From positions 1 to 64,000 of the IMG/VR virus record IMGVR_UViG_3300025589_000004: a stretch of DNA of 64,000 nucleotides. The stretch is one strand, 5' to 3'. The stretch is from a virus. Its lineage: Duplodnaviria > Caudoviricetes. This document shows, piece after piece, positions 19,177-28,762 of the stretch (positions are counted from its first letter, which is position 1; each line of letters starts with the position of its first letter). The position numbers and the translations under genes are program-made. Under the pieces are notes generated by a model. The model searched no databases and had not been told where the DNA came from. It was given only the letters and a program-made list of their open reading frames with translations.

Positions 19177-20622
19177 TTAATAAACAAATATTTTACCATC
19201 AGAATTTGCACCAAGAACAGAACTGTTCAAACCATCAATCTTAATGAATTGATAGAATAGACCTGCATTAAACGGTTCAGGACGAGTTGTCTCACCAATT
19301 ATTGCATCTCTGCAACGCACTCTAATACGAGGATTGAAGTCTGTGTAAACTACACGACTAATCTGTATTGGAATATAAGGAGCATATATTACTCCAGATT
19401 CCATAGGAGTGCGCCCTTTGAATCCAACAAGTGCATAATTTCCACCAGCAAAGGTATCTCTGTAGAGAGCTAATTGGTTGCCAAGCAAACCAACACGAGC
19501 AATTGAACCATTACCAACTTCAGTAAGGATAGGAGCAGCGTCTATTCCACCTTTTCCTTCATCAAGTGTAACAAAGTTGTAATTACTTGTCTGAGCTGCT
19601 CTCTGCAATAGTGTGCAAACCAACGGAGAAGCGACTACAAAGTTACCAGCACCAAGACGTGTTGTCACTGCAATATCGTTGGCTTTTGCAAGCAACTGTG
19701 TCCAAAGAGTGCCAATTCTTTCAATCTGATTGCGTCCATCAGCAGAAACAGGACTCCATACAGAAACATGTCCTTTTGACAAAGCTGAACGAACCATCTC
19801 AGAAACGCAAGCTCTATCAATTGAAGCTTGAAGCTCATAAGACAGAGCATTTGTCATTTCCTCATCAGCATTAAGCCCATGCATCTTAAGCATATCTTCT
19901 GCTAATTCCTCTGACCACATTCCACCGAGCATTCTCTCTTTTGCCTCAACTGTTGCTTTTACGAATTTGAATTGACCAGTAGGCATATTCTGACCGATAA
20001 CTGACCATTCCGCAGTTGATAGAGAAGCACCTGCAGCTGCGTTGAGCTCAATATCTCCACCATAGAGCCCCATACCAGTATTTCCAGCATAAGCAGCCCA
20101 ATAATCAGCACATGCTGAAGGTATTGTAGATGTGCTAGAAGCACCTGCGAATGTTGCATCTAAGTTATTATATCCAAGCTCTTTGCCTGCCCAATTATCA
20201 CCATCAGAGTTGAATTGACGATTGTAACCATATTCAAATCTCAAACCATAAACAAATCCGACAGGACCAGACATGGGTTGAATACCAACGAGCTCGTGAG
20301 ATATAAGTTTAGGGAATATACGTCTCAACAGTGTAATTACAATACTCGGCACTCTGGCATCAGCATTGCCACCATAAGTATCAGGCGACCATGTACCAAA
20401 TGCTCCAGTAGAAGCCGCAGCTATTCCACCTTCAGGTGCTGCTTCTTTTATAAGTTTACGATACTGATATTCACGTGCAACGTTTTCCAAAACAAGAGCG
20501 GTAGCCACTTTGGCATGTTTATTTCTGATTTTTTCGCAACCAGGATTATCTATTACTTTCTTCCACTTCTCCAGAATCATATTCTGGACTTGACTATTCA
20601 TATAAATATTGTCTCTAGACAT
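19177..20622 (-). CDS. Major capsid protein (T4 gp23-like)
   Basis: LEKWKKVID, TALVLEN, LLRRIFPKLISHELVGIQPMSGPVG, WSEELAEDM, GNFVVASP, IYAPYIP. Confidence 0.97.
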   Translation of the reverse strand: MSRDNIYMNSQVQNMILEKWKKVIDNPGCEKIRNKHAKVATALVLENVAREYQYRKLIKEAAPEGGIAAASTGAFGTWSPDTYGGNADARVPSIVITLLRRIFPKLISHELVGIQPMSGPVGFVYGLRFEYGYNRQFNSDGDNWAGKELGYNNLDATFAGASSTSTIPSACADYWAAYAGNTGMGLYGGDIELNAAAGASLSTAEWSVIGQNMPTGQFKFVKATVEAKERMLGGMWSEELAEDMLKMHGLNADEEMTNALSYELQASIDRACVSEMVRSALSKGHVSVWSPVSADGRNQIERIGTLWTQLLAKANDIAVTTRLGAGNFVVASPLVCTLLQRAAQTSNYNFVTLDEGKGGIDAAPILTEVGNGSIARVGLLGNQLALYRDTFAGGNYALVGFKGRTPMESGVIYAPYIPIQISRVVYTDFNPRIRVRCRDAIIGETTRPEPFNAGLFYQFIKIDGLNSSVLGANSDGKIFVY

Positions 20623-20710
20623 AAAATTCTACTCCAATTATATTATTTAGATAGATGATAACATTAAACGTAAAACTTAAATTGTTAACAATAAACAATC
20701 TATCTAATTT

Positions 20711-20718
20711 TATTTATA
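20711..20718 (-). promoter_or_regulatory. T4-type late promoter TATAAATA for gp23
   Basis: Exact consensus about 90 nt upstream of the gp23 ATG in intergenic DNA. Confidence 0.55.
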
Positions 20719-20809
20719 TATTATTAATAAAAAAAAACAAAAAAAAATAATTTTTATTTATGTATTTAGCTAGATGATAAGATGATAATATCTTGTAGGC
20801 TTTTTTGAT

Positions 20810-20944
20810 TTAATAAAAAATTAGATTTAAAAATATCTTCCAAAATATATGTGTGATTGATATGAACGTTGCAAGAAATATATGTTCTAATATTTCTTGG
20901 TGTCTTCTGATTATGTTATTTTGTTTATTGCATTGACAAAACAT
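20810..20944 (-). CDS. Small hypothetical ORF (44 aa), possibly frameshifted
   Basis: GAGGTG RBS then MFCQCNKQNNIIRRHQ...; another frame stays open to about 20768. Confidence 0.3.
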   Translation of the reverse strand: MFCQCNKQNNIIRRHQEILEHIFLATFISITHIFWKIFLNLIFY

Positions 20945-20952
20945 ATAACACC

Positions 20953-21426
20953 TCATACATTATCTATCTTTAGCAATTCTGTTATATTTTTTATTTGAAA
21001 GGTTAGTCTAGAGCAAATTTGACAAATATTTACTAGAAAATTATTGATAATTTCTAGTTTTTTCAATTCAGATTCTATTTCTGTTAATCTATTACGTAAT
21101 CTTTGTGTTTCTAGTATTTTATTTTTAATACCGTTTTCTGTGGTGTTTTGTAATTGTAAATTATTGTTTATTTTAACATTAATTTTAACATTATTAACTG
21201 AATTATTTATATTTTCTTTTTCTGATTTTAATTCATTGATTTTAGCTATTATATCATATAATATTTGAAGATATTTTAAATGAATTGTAGTATCTAATAA
21301 TGATTTTTCTAATAGATTAGTTCTACTAATATAAATATCTTCTTTTACAGACTCAGATATTTTATTTAAAATTACAGCTAAATCTTCGGATAGATTAATA
21401 ACTAATTTATTATTATTGGTTATCAT
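20953..21426 (-). CDS. uvsY: Recombination mediator
   Basis: KEDIYISRTNLLEKSL...KYL and C-terminal FL..IC....TFQIKNITEL follow the T4 UvsY pattern. Confidence 0.75.
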   Translation of the reverse strand: MITNNNKLVINLSEDLAVILNKISESVKEDIYISRTNLLEKSLLDTTIHLKYLQILYDIIAKINELKSEKENINNSVNNVKINVKINNNLQLQNTTENGIKNKILETQRLRNRLTEIESELKKLEIINNFLVNICQICSRLTFQIKNITELLKIDNV

Positions 21427-21494
21427 AATACTATTATACTATTTTTAACTTTTTAATATGAATATAATATATATTTATTATCTATTTTATTTTT

Positions 21495-22274
21495 TTATTG
21501 TTTAATTTTATCTTTAATTAGATTATAATATTTATGATATAATTTAGATGATGCTTTGACAAAGTATTTTATCTCTTTATCTTTTGGATCGGTTGATGAT
21601 ATATCTAATCCGTGTGATAAATGTAGAATAGCTAATGGAATAACACCAACAGGTATATCATTTAGAAATGCTCTTAGACAAAAACTATAATCATAGAAAT
21701 GAAAATCAAAATCTTCATCAAAGTTTATTTTTTCAAATACTTCAGGTTTTATTGACATAAAAAGGCCGTCTATTATAGCAACTTTTTTTGGTGTAATACC
21801 AAATGAAGTAGAAAAGATATTTAATTTGAAAATATCCTCTATATTATTAACCTTATTTTTACAGTTTCTTAGTATTTCATTATTTTCAATTAAAAGTGGA
21901 TGATATACAGCACCAGTAAATGAATTTCTATCTGAATTAGACCAAAATATCTTTTCTTTTTGTTTAAAGTTGATATGTGCAGAGCCAGCAACGCCGATTA
22001 TATTGTAGTTATTATGATAATAATTTAGCTTTTCTATCAGATAATAATCAAAAACTATAACATCATCATGCATAAATACAATTGAAAGATAGTCATTTAG
22101 TTTATCTTTATTTTTTTTAATTATTTCGTTATATAATATTGGAAGTGGTTTTGTATTATTGTAGACTATCTCCAAATCTATAAAATCAGATTTATCCTCA
22201 AATAATTGTTTATTAAAGTTTTTAAATTCAGCTAAATCAGATTTTGTTGGAATTATAATTTTGATTTTTTTCAT
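21495..22274 (-). CDS. GT-A fold (GT2-like) glycosyltransferase
   Basis: [36 protein letters not shown]. Confidence 0.85.
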   Translation of the reverse strand: MKKIKIIIPTKSDLAEFKNFNKQLFEDKSDFIDLEIVYNNTKPLPILYNEIIKKNKDKLNDYLSIVFMHDDVIVFDYYLIEKLNYYHNNYNIIGVAGSAHINFKQKEKIFWSNSDRNSFTGAVYHPLLIENNEILRNCKNKVNNIEDIFKLNIFSTSFGITPKKVAIIDGLFMSIKPEVFEKINFDEDFDFHFYDYSFCLRAFLNDIPVGVIPLAILHLSHGLDISSTDPKDKEIKYFVKASSKLYHKYYNLIKDKIKQ

Positions 22275-22312
22275 TGAAAATATATATTAATTAAATTCAT
22301 TTTAATTGAATT

Positions 22313-22356
22313 AAAAAGATAGAGTGTGATATGATTTTAGTCAGACCACACTCTAT
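22313..22356 (-). terminator. Rho-independent terminator
   Basis: ATAGAGTGTG...CACACTCTAT stem (22319-22356) followed by CTTTTT on the minus strand. Confidence 0.7.
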
Positions 22357-22364
22357 TTATTTTT

Positions 22365-22628
22365 CTATTTTTTTCTGAATTTACTATTTTCTTTAATCAA
22401 TATACCATCTTTTACCTTTCCTGTCAAATAAATATATACTTTGCTATACTCTGATTTACTATACTTTTCTCCATATATAGTTTTCAAAACATCTAGGACT
22501 TTAAATTCTCCTTGTGTTGTACTAACAAATGTATCTATTTTTTTTACTAACTCTGGATCAAGTAGTTTAGCTTTTCTTCCTCTTCTTCTTACTTCTACTG
22601 TTCCTGTACTAATTGTTGTATCTGTCAT
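22365..22628 (-). CDS. Small basic, putative DNA-binding protein
   Basis: AT-hook-like RRRGRK then a winged-helix-like pattern; AGGAG RBS, own promoter and terminator. Confidence 0.55.
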   Translation of the reverse strand: MTDTTISTGTVEVRRRGRKAKLLDPELVKKIDTFVSTTQGEFKVLDVLKTIYGEKYSKSEYSKVYIYLTGKVKDGILIKENSKFRKK

Positions 22629-22706
22629 ATTATAACTCCTTTCTTTATAATTTATTGTTTTATATAACTATTATACTATAATTAATTGGAAAAACGGCAG
22701 ATTTTT

Positions 22707-23198
22707 TTAAATTCCAGAAGAACCAAATCCACCTAAATGTCTATTAGATTTATGCATATATAACTCACTATCATCAACTTGCAGCAATTTAATCTGTGGT
22801 AATTTAAAAATTATACCTTGTACAATCTTCATACCAGACTTTAATTCTATATCATCTTTACTTGTGTTGACAACATGTATATGAACTTCATTTTGATAAC
22901 CTGGATCAACTACACATGCTAATACATCTAATCCAAACTTAACAGAAATACCTGATTTATTAAAAAATATTAAAGCATAACCTGTTGGTATATCAAACTT
23001 AATTCCAGATGAAATCAAAATACGTTCTTGTGGTTTTAGAATATATGGTTTATTATCATTAAAATCATTTGGTATAAAAAAATCAATTCCAACAGATTCA
23101 CCATTATATGCAATATTTGGAGAATTAACATCTCTAATTTTTGAATATTTAATAGTTATTTTAGCAATTTTCTCTATATCTATTTTTTTATTAAACAT
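22707..23198 (-). CDS. dut: Trimeric dUTPase
   Basis: VGIDF, NKSGIS, VVDPGYQNEV, KIVQ, RHLGGFGSSG. Confidence 0.93.
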   Translation of the reverse strand: MFNKKIDIEKIAKITIKYSKIRDVNSPNIAYNGESVGIDFFIPNDFNDNKPYILKPQERILISSGIKFDIPTGYALIFFNKSGISVKFGLDVLACVVDPGYQNEVHIHVVNTSKDDIELKSGMKIVQGIIFKLPQIKLLQVDDSELYMHKSNRHLGGFGSSGI

Positions 23199-23236
23199 AA
23201 TAATAATGTCTCCTTTTTTTTAAAAATATATTTTAA

Positions 23237-25393
23237 TTAAATTAAGTTTGTATAAAGATGTACTTTAATTTTTTTATCAGTAATATTTACTATTTTATCC
23301 ATATTAGCAATTTCTTTAATATAGTCAATTATACCATCAGATAATGTATTGTTTATTGGAACTCCGTGATAATTATAAGAAGTATTAATTAACATTTTTA
23401 CATTATATTTTTTATCTAGATAATCTAATAATTTATATATAAAATATGTATCTTTATTGTCTTCTTTTATTACTTGTGGTCTTCCTGAAAATAATCTATA
23501 ATTATAAATATTACAAAATACTCCAGCATATTTATCATAATTTTCAGAAACAAATTTATCATTATAAGTAAATGTAATAATCATGTAATAATAAGAACCT
23601 AGACATCTATTTATTTCTTCTATATTAAATACTTCTTTAATATTTTTTTCTAGTATAACTGGTGCAAATGGCATTACTTCATTTCTAGCATTAAGTAAAT
23701 TAATTATTTTAGAATTTAATTCTGTCGGTAAAGCTAATGTACTTGTATTACATAGTGCTCTTGGTCCAAATTCTAGATTATCTTTTATTATATTAACAAT
23801 ATCACCATTATATATTGATTCTGCTATTTCACTTATAATATTATTATTACTAAAATCAATATTCATCCTAATTAAACCATAATTATTACTAATAGTCTTA
23901 TAAAAATTATCAGAAATTAATTTAAAATCATTGTTTTGTTTAATTATATCTATTATATTTCGTCTACCATAAAATAGTGTATCTATATTAGTTAATTCAT
24001 TTGCTTCTATTGCAGCTATACCTATAGATGTTGCTACATCTCCAGCTAATGGTGGTACTATTAATTTTGTATTTATGAAATTATTATTTAATTTAGAATT
24101 AGAAATTATGTTTTGTATTAAACTATTATTTAATTTGACATTATAAAATAGTCCACCATTTACCACAATATAATCAAGTGGCATTTCTCTAAAAAATCTA
24201 GATTGACAATTATTAATAATATTTTTTAAAACTTCTTCTACTACATTTTGGATAATATAGCCTATAATTATTCTTTTTTTATCAACTGTATTTATCTGAT
24301 AATTACATTTTCTTTCAATTTCTTGTAAATCTAGATTAAAGCAATTATAATAATAGTTTTTAATTTCTGTCAGAAATTCTTGATATTTATTTAATTCCAA
24401 TTCTTTTATTTTATTATTATCATTACAATGATATGCACGATAATCTAGAAACATTAAATCTTTTTCTATTTGTTTTTCTAAGATTTTATTATAGTTTCTT
24501 AAAAATAATGAACAATGATTTGGAATAATTTCTTTATTTAATAAGTTAATAACTTCTATAGGAATCTGTTCTTTTATATATCTTTCATAACCAAGAAATT
24601 TATATTCATCTTGATTTTCTTTCATTCCAACAAAACTTGTAGCATATTGATAGAATAATGCTAGATAAAACAAATTATTTTCTATATATCTAGTTTTATT
24701 ATCTGTTTTAAAATATTCTTCTATATCAATTTTGAATGGAATATAGAAAATATCATTAAGATTTGAATATTTTATTCCCAAACCGCCAGGTAAAAAGTTA
24801 TTACCAAATCCATCTAATATTATAAATAATATATTTGATTTATCAAAATTTTCTGCATATTTTTTTGCAAATAAATGAGAATAATGTAGATGTATATTAT
24901 GGTGTCCAGTTAATAGCCAATTAATTTCATTTATAAGAATTCTATTTTCATTTATTTTATTATTTTTCTTTTTAATTTCTTTTATTAATAACTCTTTATA
25001 ATTTTTAAGTATATCTGGATATATATGATTTGGAAATGCTTGTTTATCTAATATATTAAAATTATTATTTTTAATTAAATTAACTATATTTATAATATTA
25101 TCATTGTTAATATATTGATTATCAATTAGATATGTATACCAATTACTAACAGCTAAGTTGATATTAAAAACTACATTAGAATCTTTTTCAAATTTATTAA
25201 TAATATCTGAAGCCAAAACTTTAATGCTTCTCTCTAAAGCTAAATTAACTGAACTATCACTTTTTATTCTACTTATTCTTTCATTTTCAATTGCATCTAT
25301 AACATTTACTTTTCCTTCTCCAATATCTTCAATAATAGCAACAGATGCATTATGTCCAAGAGAAATACCAATATTATAATTTATGTTTTTCAT
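23237..25393 (-). CDS. NodU/CmcH-family O-carbamoyltransferase
   Basis: GISLGHNASVA, ENERISRIK, HHNIH, ILDGFG, GGLFYNVKLN, PLAGD, EFGPRALCNTS, PFAP, RPQ, INTSYNYHGVPI. Confidence 0.92.
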   Translation of the reverse strand: MKNINYNIGISLGHNASVAIIEDIGEGKVNVIDAIENERISRIKSDSSVNLALERSIKVLASDIINKFEKDSNVVFNINLAVSNWYTYLIDNQYINNDNIINIVNLIKNNNFNILDKQAFPNHIYPDILKNYKELLIKEIKKKNNKINENRILINEINWLLTGHHNIHLHYSHLFAKKYAENFDKSNILFIILDGFGNNFLPGGLGIKYSNLNDIFYIPFKIDIEEYFKTDNKTRYIENNLFYLALFYQYATSFVGMKENQDEYKFLGYERYIKEQIPIEVINLLNKEIIPNHCSLFLRNYNKILEKQIEKDLMFLDYRAYHCNDNNKIKELELNKYQEFLTEIKNYYYNCFNLDLQEIERKCNYQINTVDKKRIIIGYIIQNVVEEVLKNIINNCQSRFFREMPLDYIVVNGGLFYNVKLNNSLIQNIISNSKLNNNFINTKLIVPPLAGDVATSIGIAAIEANELTNIDTLFYGRRNIIDIIKQNNDFKLISDNFYKTISNNYGLIRMNIDFSNNNIISEIAESIYNGDIVNIIKDNLEFGPRALCNTSTLALPTELNSKIINLLNARNEVMPFAPVILEKNIKEVFNIEEINRCLGSYYYMIITFTYNDKFVSENYDKYAGVFCNIYNYRLFSGRPQVIKEDNKDTYFIYKLLDYLDKKYNVKMLINTSYNYHGVPINNTLSDGIIDYIKEIANMDKIVNITDKKIKVHLYTNLI

Positions 25394-25441
25394 ACTATCC
25401 TCTTTTTTTGTTTTTTTAATAATTATAATAATTATACTAAA

Positions 25442-26896
25442 TTAAATCTTAATTTCATCTAATTTAATATTTTTATAAATAAAATATGTTGGATGATTTG
25501 TTTTAATCAAATTGATTTCACAAACTAAATCTTTTTGTAATTTATTTAAAATAACATTATTCATATAATCAAATGTTTCTTTACCAAAACAATATATATT
25601 TTTTGGTTCTATCAATTTAATCTCATCACATAAAATATCTGCAGAATTATTCACATCATCTATTGTAATTTTGTTATTATAAGTAGCATATTTGACAAGA
25701 TTAGTTATATATGGTATAGTTTTCAATTTTTTATCTTTAAGTAATTTCAATATAATTTGTCTAAATATATATGAGGTTCTAGTGAATATAAAACTTGGTT
25801 TGAAATAATCTTTTTCTAATCCACGACCAAATTTACCTGGATTTAATCCTAACATAATATCATTTCCTTTAAATAATAATCCATTTGGTAAACATAAACT
25901 ATCCAAAAAGTCTGCATCTATTTTTGTTTTTAAATTTGCTATTTTATCTTTAATTTCCAAATATCTACTCTTTTCTATAGTTTTATTATCTAAAAATAAT
26001 AATGAAGAAAACAGCATCCAAATAACATTATTACCAACATTTCTCAAATAATCAAAATCTGCAGGTAAATCAATAGCATATAAACTATTCATCAATTCAT
26101 TCTCTAACAAATAATCCTCTTTTTCTATCTTAGAATAATCAAAATAATCAAGTTGATTATATAATAATTTAAAATAATAATTTCTTTTTATTGCTTTCAA
26201 AAAATCAAATAATGGGTTTTTATATTGAATATTATGTCTTAATATCTTAATATCATTCTTTACTATATCTCTTTTTGTTTTTATATTCTTTATACTAAAC
26301 AATAAATTCCTAATTCTCTTATATTCAATATAATGCTTATTACTCTTTATGTCATCTACTACTCTATGTTTGTCATTGAAATTATCAACATTCTGATATA
26401 TTGTCGATAATACTATTGGTTTAAATAATATATGTTTAATTCCATATTTATCATCATTCTTTATTTCATTAATTAATTTATTTTTCAGTGAAATAACATC
26501 TTTTTTATTTGCTTCTTTATAATCAAAAAGGTCAAAAAGGAAAATTAAATTTATATCTTCACTTTGTATATTATTTAAATTATCAAAATATAAATTGAAA
26601 TAATATAATTGGTCAACCAAATCTCTATCAATAATAACTAATCTATATTTTTTCCGTAAGATATTATCTAACAATTGCATTTTAGTTTTGAATAATAATT
26701 CTTGGAATAACAAAACATTTTGTGGATTTCTACGTAATTCTGTTATACTTATATCATTAAAATAATTCTTAATTATATCTCTAGCATTATCTTTTACAAA
26801 TTTATTACCATTATTATTTTTGATTAGATTATTTAACTCTTCAATTACTGTAGTTTTTCCAGAAAAACAAGCACCAGAAAGAGTATATATAACCAT
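25442..26896 (-). CDS. Fusion of P-loop nucleotide kinase-like domain and uracil-DNA-glycosylase-superfamily domain
   Basis: N-terminal SGACFSGKTT and IIDRDLVD; C-terminal MLGLNPG, YITNLVK, EIKLIEPKNIYCFGK, NHPTY. Confidence 0.8.
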   Translation of the reverse strand: MVIYTLSGACFSGKTTVIEELNNLIKNNNGNKFVKDNARDIIKNYFNDISITELRRNPQNVLLFQELLFKTKMQLLDNILRKKYRLVIIDRDLVDQLYYFNLYFDNLNNIQSEDINLIFLFDLFDYKEANKKDVISLKNKLINEIKNDDKYGIKHILFKPIVLSTIYQNVDNFNDKHRVVDDIKSNKHYIEYKRIRNLLFSIKNIKTKRDIVKNDIKILRHNIQYKNPLFDFLKAIKRNYYFKLLYNQLDYFDYSKIEKEDYLLENELMNSLYAIDLPADFDYLRNVGNNVIWMLFSSLLFLDNKTIEKSRYLEIKDKIANLKTKIDADFLDSLCLPNGLLFKGNDIMLGLNPGKFGRGLEKDYFKPSFIFTRTSYIFRQIILKLLKDKKLKTIPYITNLVKYATYNNKITIDDVNNSADILCDEIKLIEPKNIYCFGKETFDYMNNVILNKLQKDLVCEINLIKTNHPTYFIYKNIKLDEIKI

Positions 26897-27030
26897 AATT
26901 ATAAACCTTTCCTTTAATATAATTAATTATTATAGTATTATACTATTTTTTTTTAAAAAAATATATAAATTTAATTTCTTGATTATAAATACAATAAAAA
27001 AAGAAAATAATTAGAAAGTGAGTAATTATT

Positions 27031-27234
27031 ATGGAAGAGAATAAAGTTTGTAAAAATTGCATTGCTTTTGATGAATCAACTAATTTTTGTCGATTGAATC
27101 CACCTATTCCCAATGAAATTTTTGATGGAAAGAAGAGAATTACAATCTCTAAATTTCCTGTTATTTTGATGCCAGAGAAAGATTATTGTAGTCATTTTAA
27201 GGGGAGAGTAATTAATGAAAAGGATTCTAATTGA
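27031..27234 (+). CDS. Small Cys-rich protein
   Basis: CKNC...CRLNPP...FP...DYC; TATAAATA at 26984-26991. Confidence 0.7.
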   Translation: MEENKVCKNCIAFDESTNFCRLNPPIPNEIFDGKKRITISKFPVILMPEKDYCSHFKGRVINEKDSN

Positions 27235-27303
27235 TTATATATTTTCTTGTAATAATTATTATTACAAAATTATGGGAATAATTTTTGGAGTAAGTATAGT
27301 TAT

Positions 27304-28746
27304 TTGTTTAGTTTTTTTATAAAAAGTATATCATTATTAATGATAAACAAAAATAATATACATATTTTTGGTCAATATTTTACTCCTTCATATATAGTTA
27401 AAAAATATATATTACCAGAAATTAAAGATAAACTTTATAATTATATTTGGATAGATTTATTTGCTGGTTCTGGTAATCTTATATTCCCAATTTTAGATAT
27501 TATTCCAGAAAATGAAAGAATAGATTTTTTTAAGAAACATATTTTTCTTTTTGATATCCAAGATAAGCTTGTAGATAAAATGATAACTATAGCTGAAAAT
27601 TATGGAATTCCAAAAGATATAGCACAAAAAAATATAACAAAAAGAGATTCTATTAAAGATTATCCAGTTTTTCTACTTGAATTAGATTTACCACTTTTTC
27701 ATATAACTAATCCACCATATCTTTATATAGGATATATTAGTAAACATCCAGAATTATATTATTATTCAGAATACTTCAAAGAAGAAAATCAAGGATATCA
27801 AGATTTATATCAATTAGCACTAATAAATGATTTAAGAAATAATATAAAAAATATGATTTATATAATTCCTTCTAATTTCTTATTTGGCTTTTCTGTTTCA
27901 AATAAAATAAGAAATGATTTTCTGAAATTTTATAATATAACTAAAACTATAGTTTTTGAAAAAGAGATATTTGAATATACTAAAATAAATAGTATGATAT
28001 GTTTTTTTCAAAGAAAAGAAACTAAAAAAGATACATTTAATAATATGTTTAATTTAATTAAAATAGCAAAAGATGATAAAGAAACTTCAGAGATTTGTCA
28101 AATTTGTACAAAAAAGAAATATAAATTAACTACTGAATTTGATGATTTTGTCGATAATTATTCAGCAAAAAAGCCAATAAATGTAAATTATTATTTATAC
28201 GAATCAGAAATAGTTAATAATTTTGGAAATAAAGAAGTTTTATTATTAGATGTTAATAATTACAAAAAAGTTAAAATGCAAGTTATTGAATCATTATTCA
28301 ATAAGTTGACTTATAATGTTTTGTTTCTAAAAACAATTGATTCAGGAAAAATGAATATGAATGATAAAGCTGGATTATATCTGATAAGAGATTATTATGG
28401 AGTAGATGGTATTATGGTAACTAAATCTGCAGCAAGAACACATCCAATACAATTATTTTTTAATCCAGAATTATCTATTGATAATCAATTATTATTAAAA
28501 GATTATTTTAATTTATTATTGAATTATTTTAGAGATATTTCTGATAGTAAATTTTTAACTAATTTTAAACAATCAAATTATTCATATATAAGAAAATATC
28601 TAGGATTAAGACAAGCTAAAAAACTAATACAAACATTTCCAATTTTATCGTTAAATCAGAATGAAATAGATATTATCACAAACTTAGTACAAGAAAAGGA
28701 AATAGAAAAGTTAATTGATTTTGTTAAAAAAGTTAATTCAAAATAA
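27304..28746 (+). CDS. Orphan N6-adenine DNA methyltransferase (likely start ATG 27340)
   Basis: GQYFTP, DLFAGSGN (motif I) before ITNPPY (motif IV), gamma-class order. Confidence 0.88.
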   Translation: MFSFFIKSISLLMINKNNIHIFGQYFTPSYIVKKYILPEIKDKLYNYIWIDLFAGSGNLIFPILDIIPENERIDFFKKHIFLFDIQDKLVDKMITIAENYGIPKDIAQKNITKRDSIKDYPVFLLELDLPLFHITNPPYLYIGYISKHPELYYYSEYFKEENQGYQDLYQLALINDLRNNIKNMIYIIPSNFLFGFSVSNKIRNDFLKFYNITKTIVFEKEIFEYTKINSMICFFQRKETKKDTFNNMFNLIKIAKDDKETSEICQICTKKKYKLTTEFDDFVDNYSAKKPINVNYYLYESEIVNNFGNKEVLLLDVNNYKKVKMQVIESLFNKLTYNVLFLKTIDSGKMNMNDKAGLYLIRDYYGVDGIMVTKSAARTHPIQLFFNPELSIDNQLLLKDYFNLLLNYFRDISDSKFLTNFKQSNYSYIRKYLGLRQAKKLIQTFPILSLNQNEIDIITNLVQEKEIEKLIDFVKKVNSK

Positions 28747-28755
28747 TAGTATAAT
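28747..28755 (+). promoter_or_regulatory. TAGTATAAT sigma70-like -10 element 7 nt before the primase ATG
   Basis: The same 9-mer recurs before many replication and metabolic genes (see findings). Confidence 0.6.
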
Positions 28756-28762
28756 ATAGTAT

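Noticed and set aside
27304-28746. Complete restriction-modification system
   Set aside because: No adjacent endonuclease; the PD-(D/E)xK gene at 44492 looks like a resolvase and is 16 kb away.
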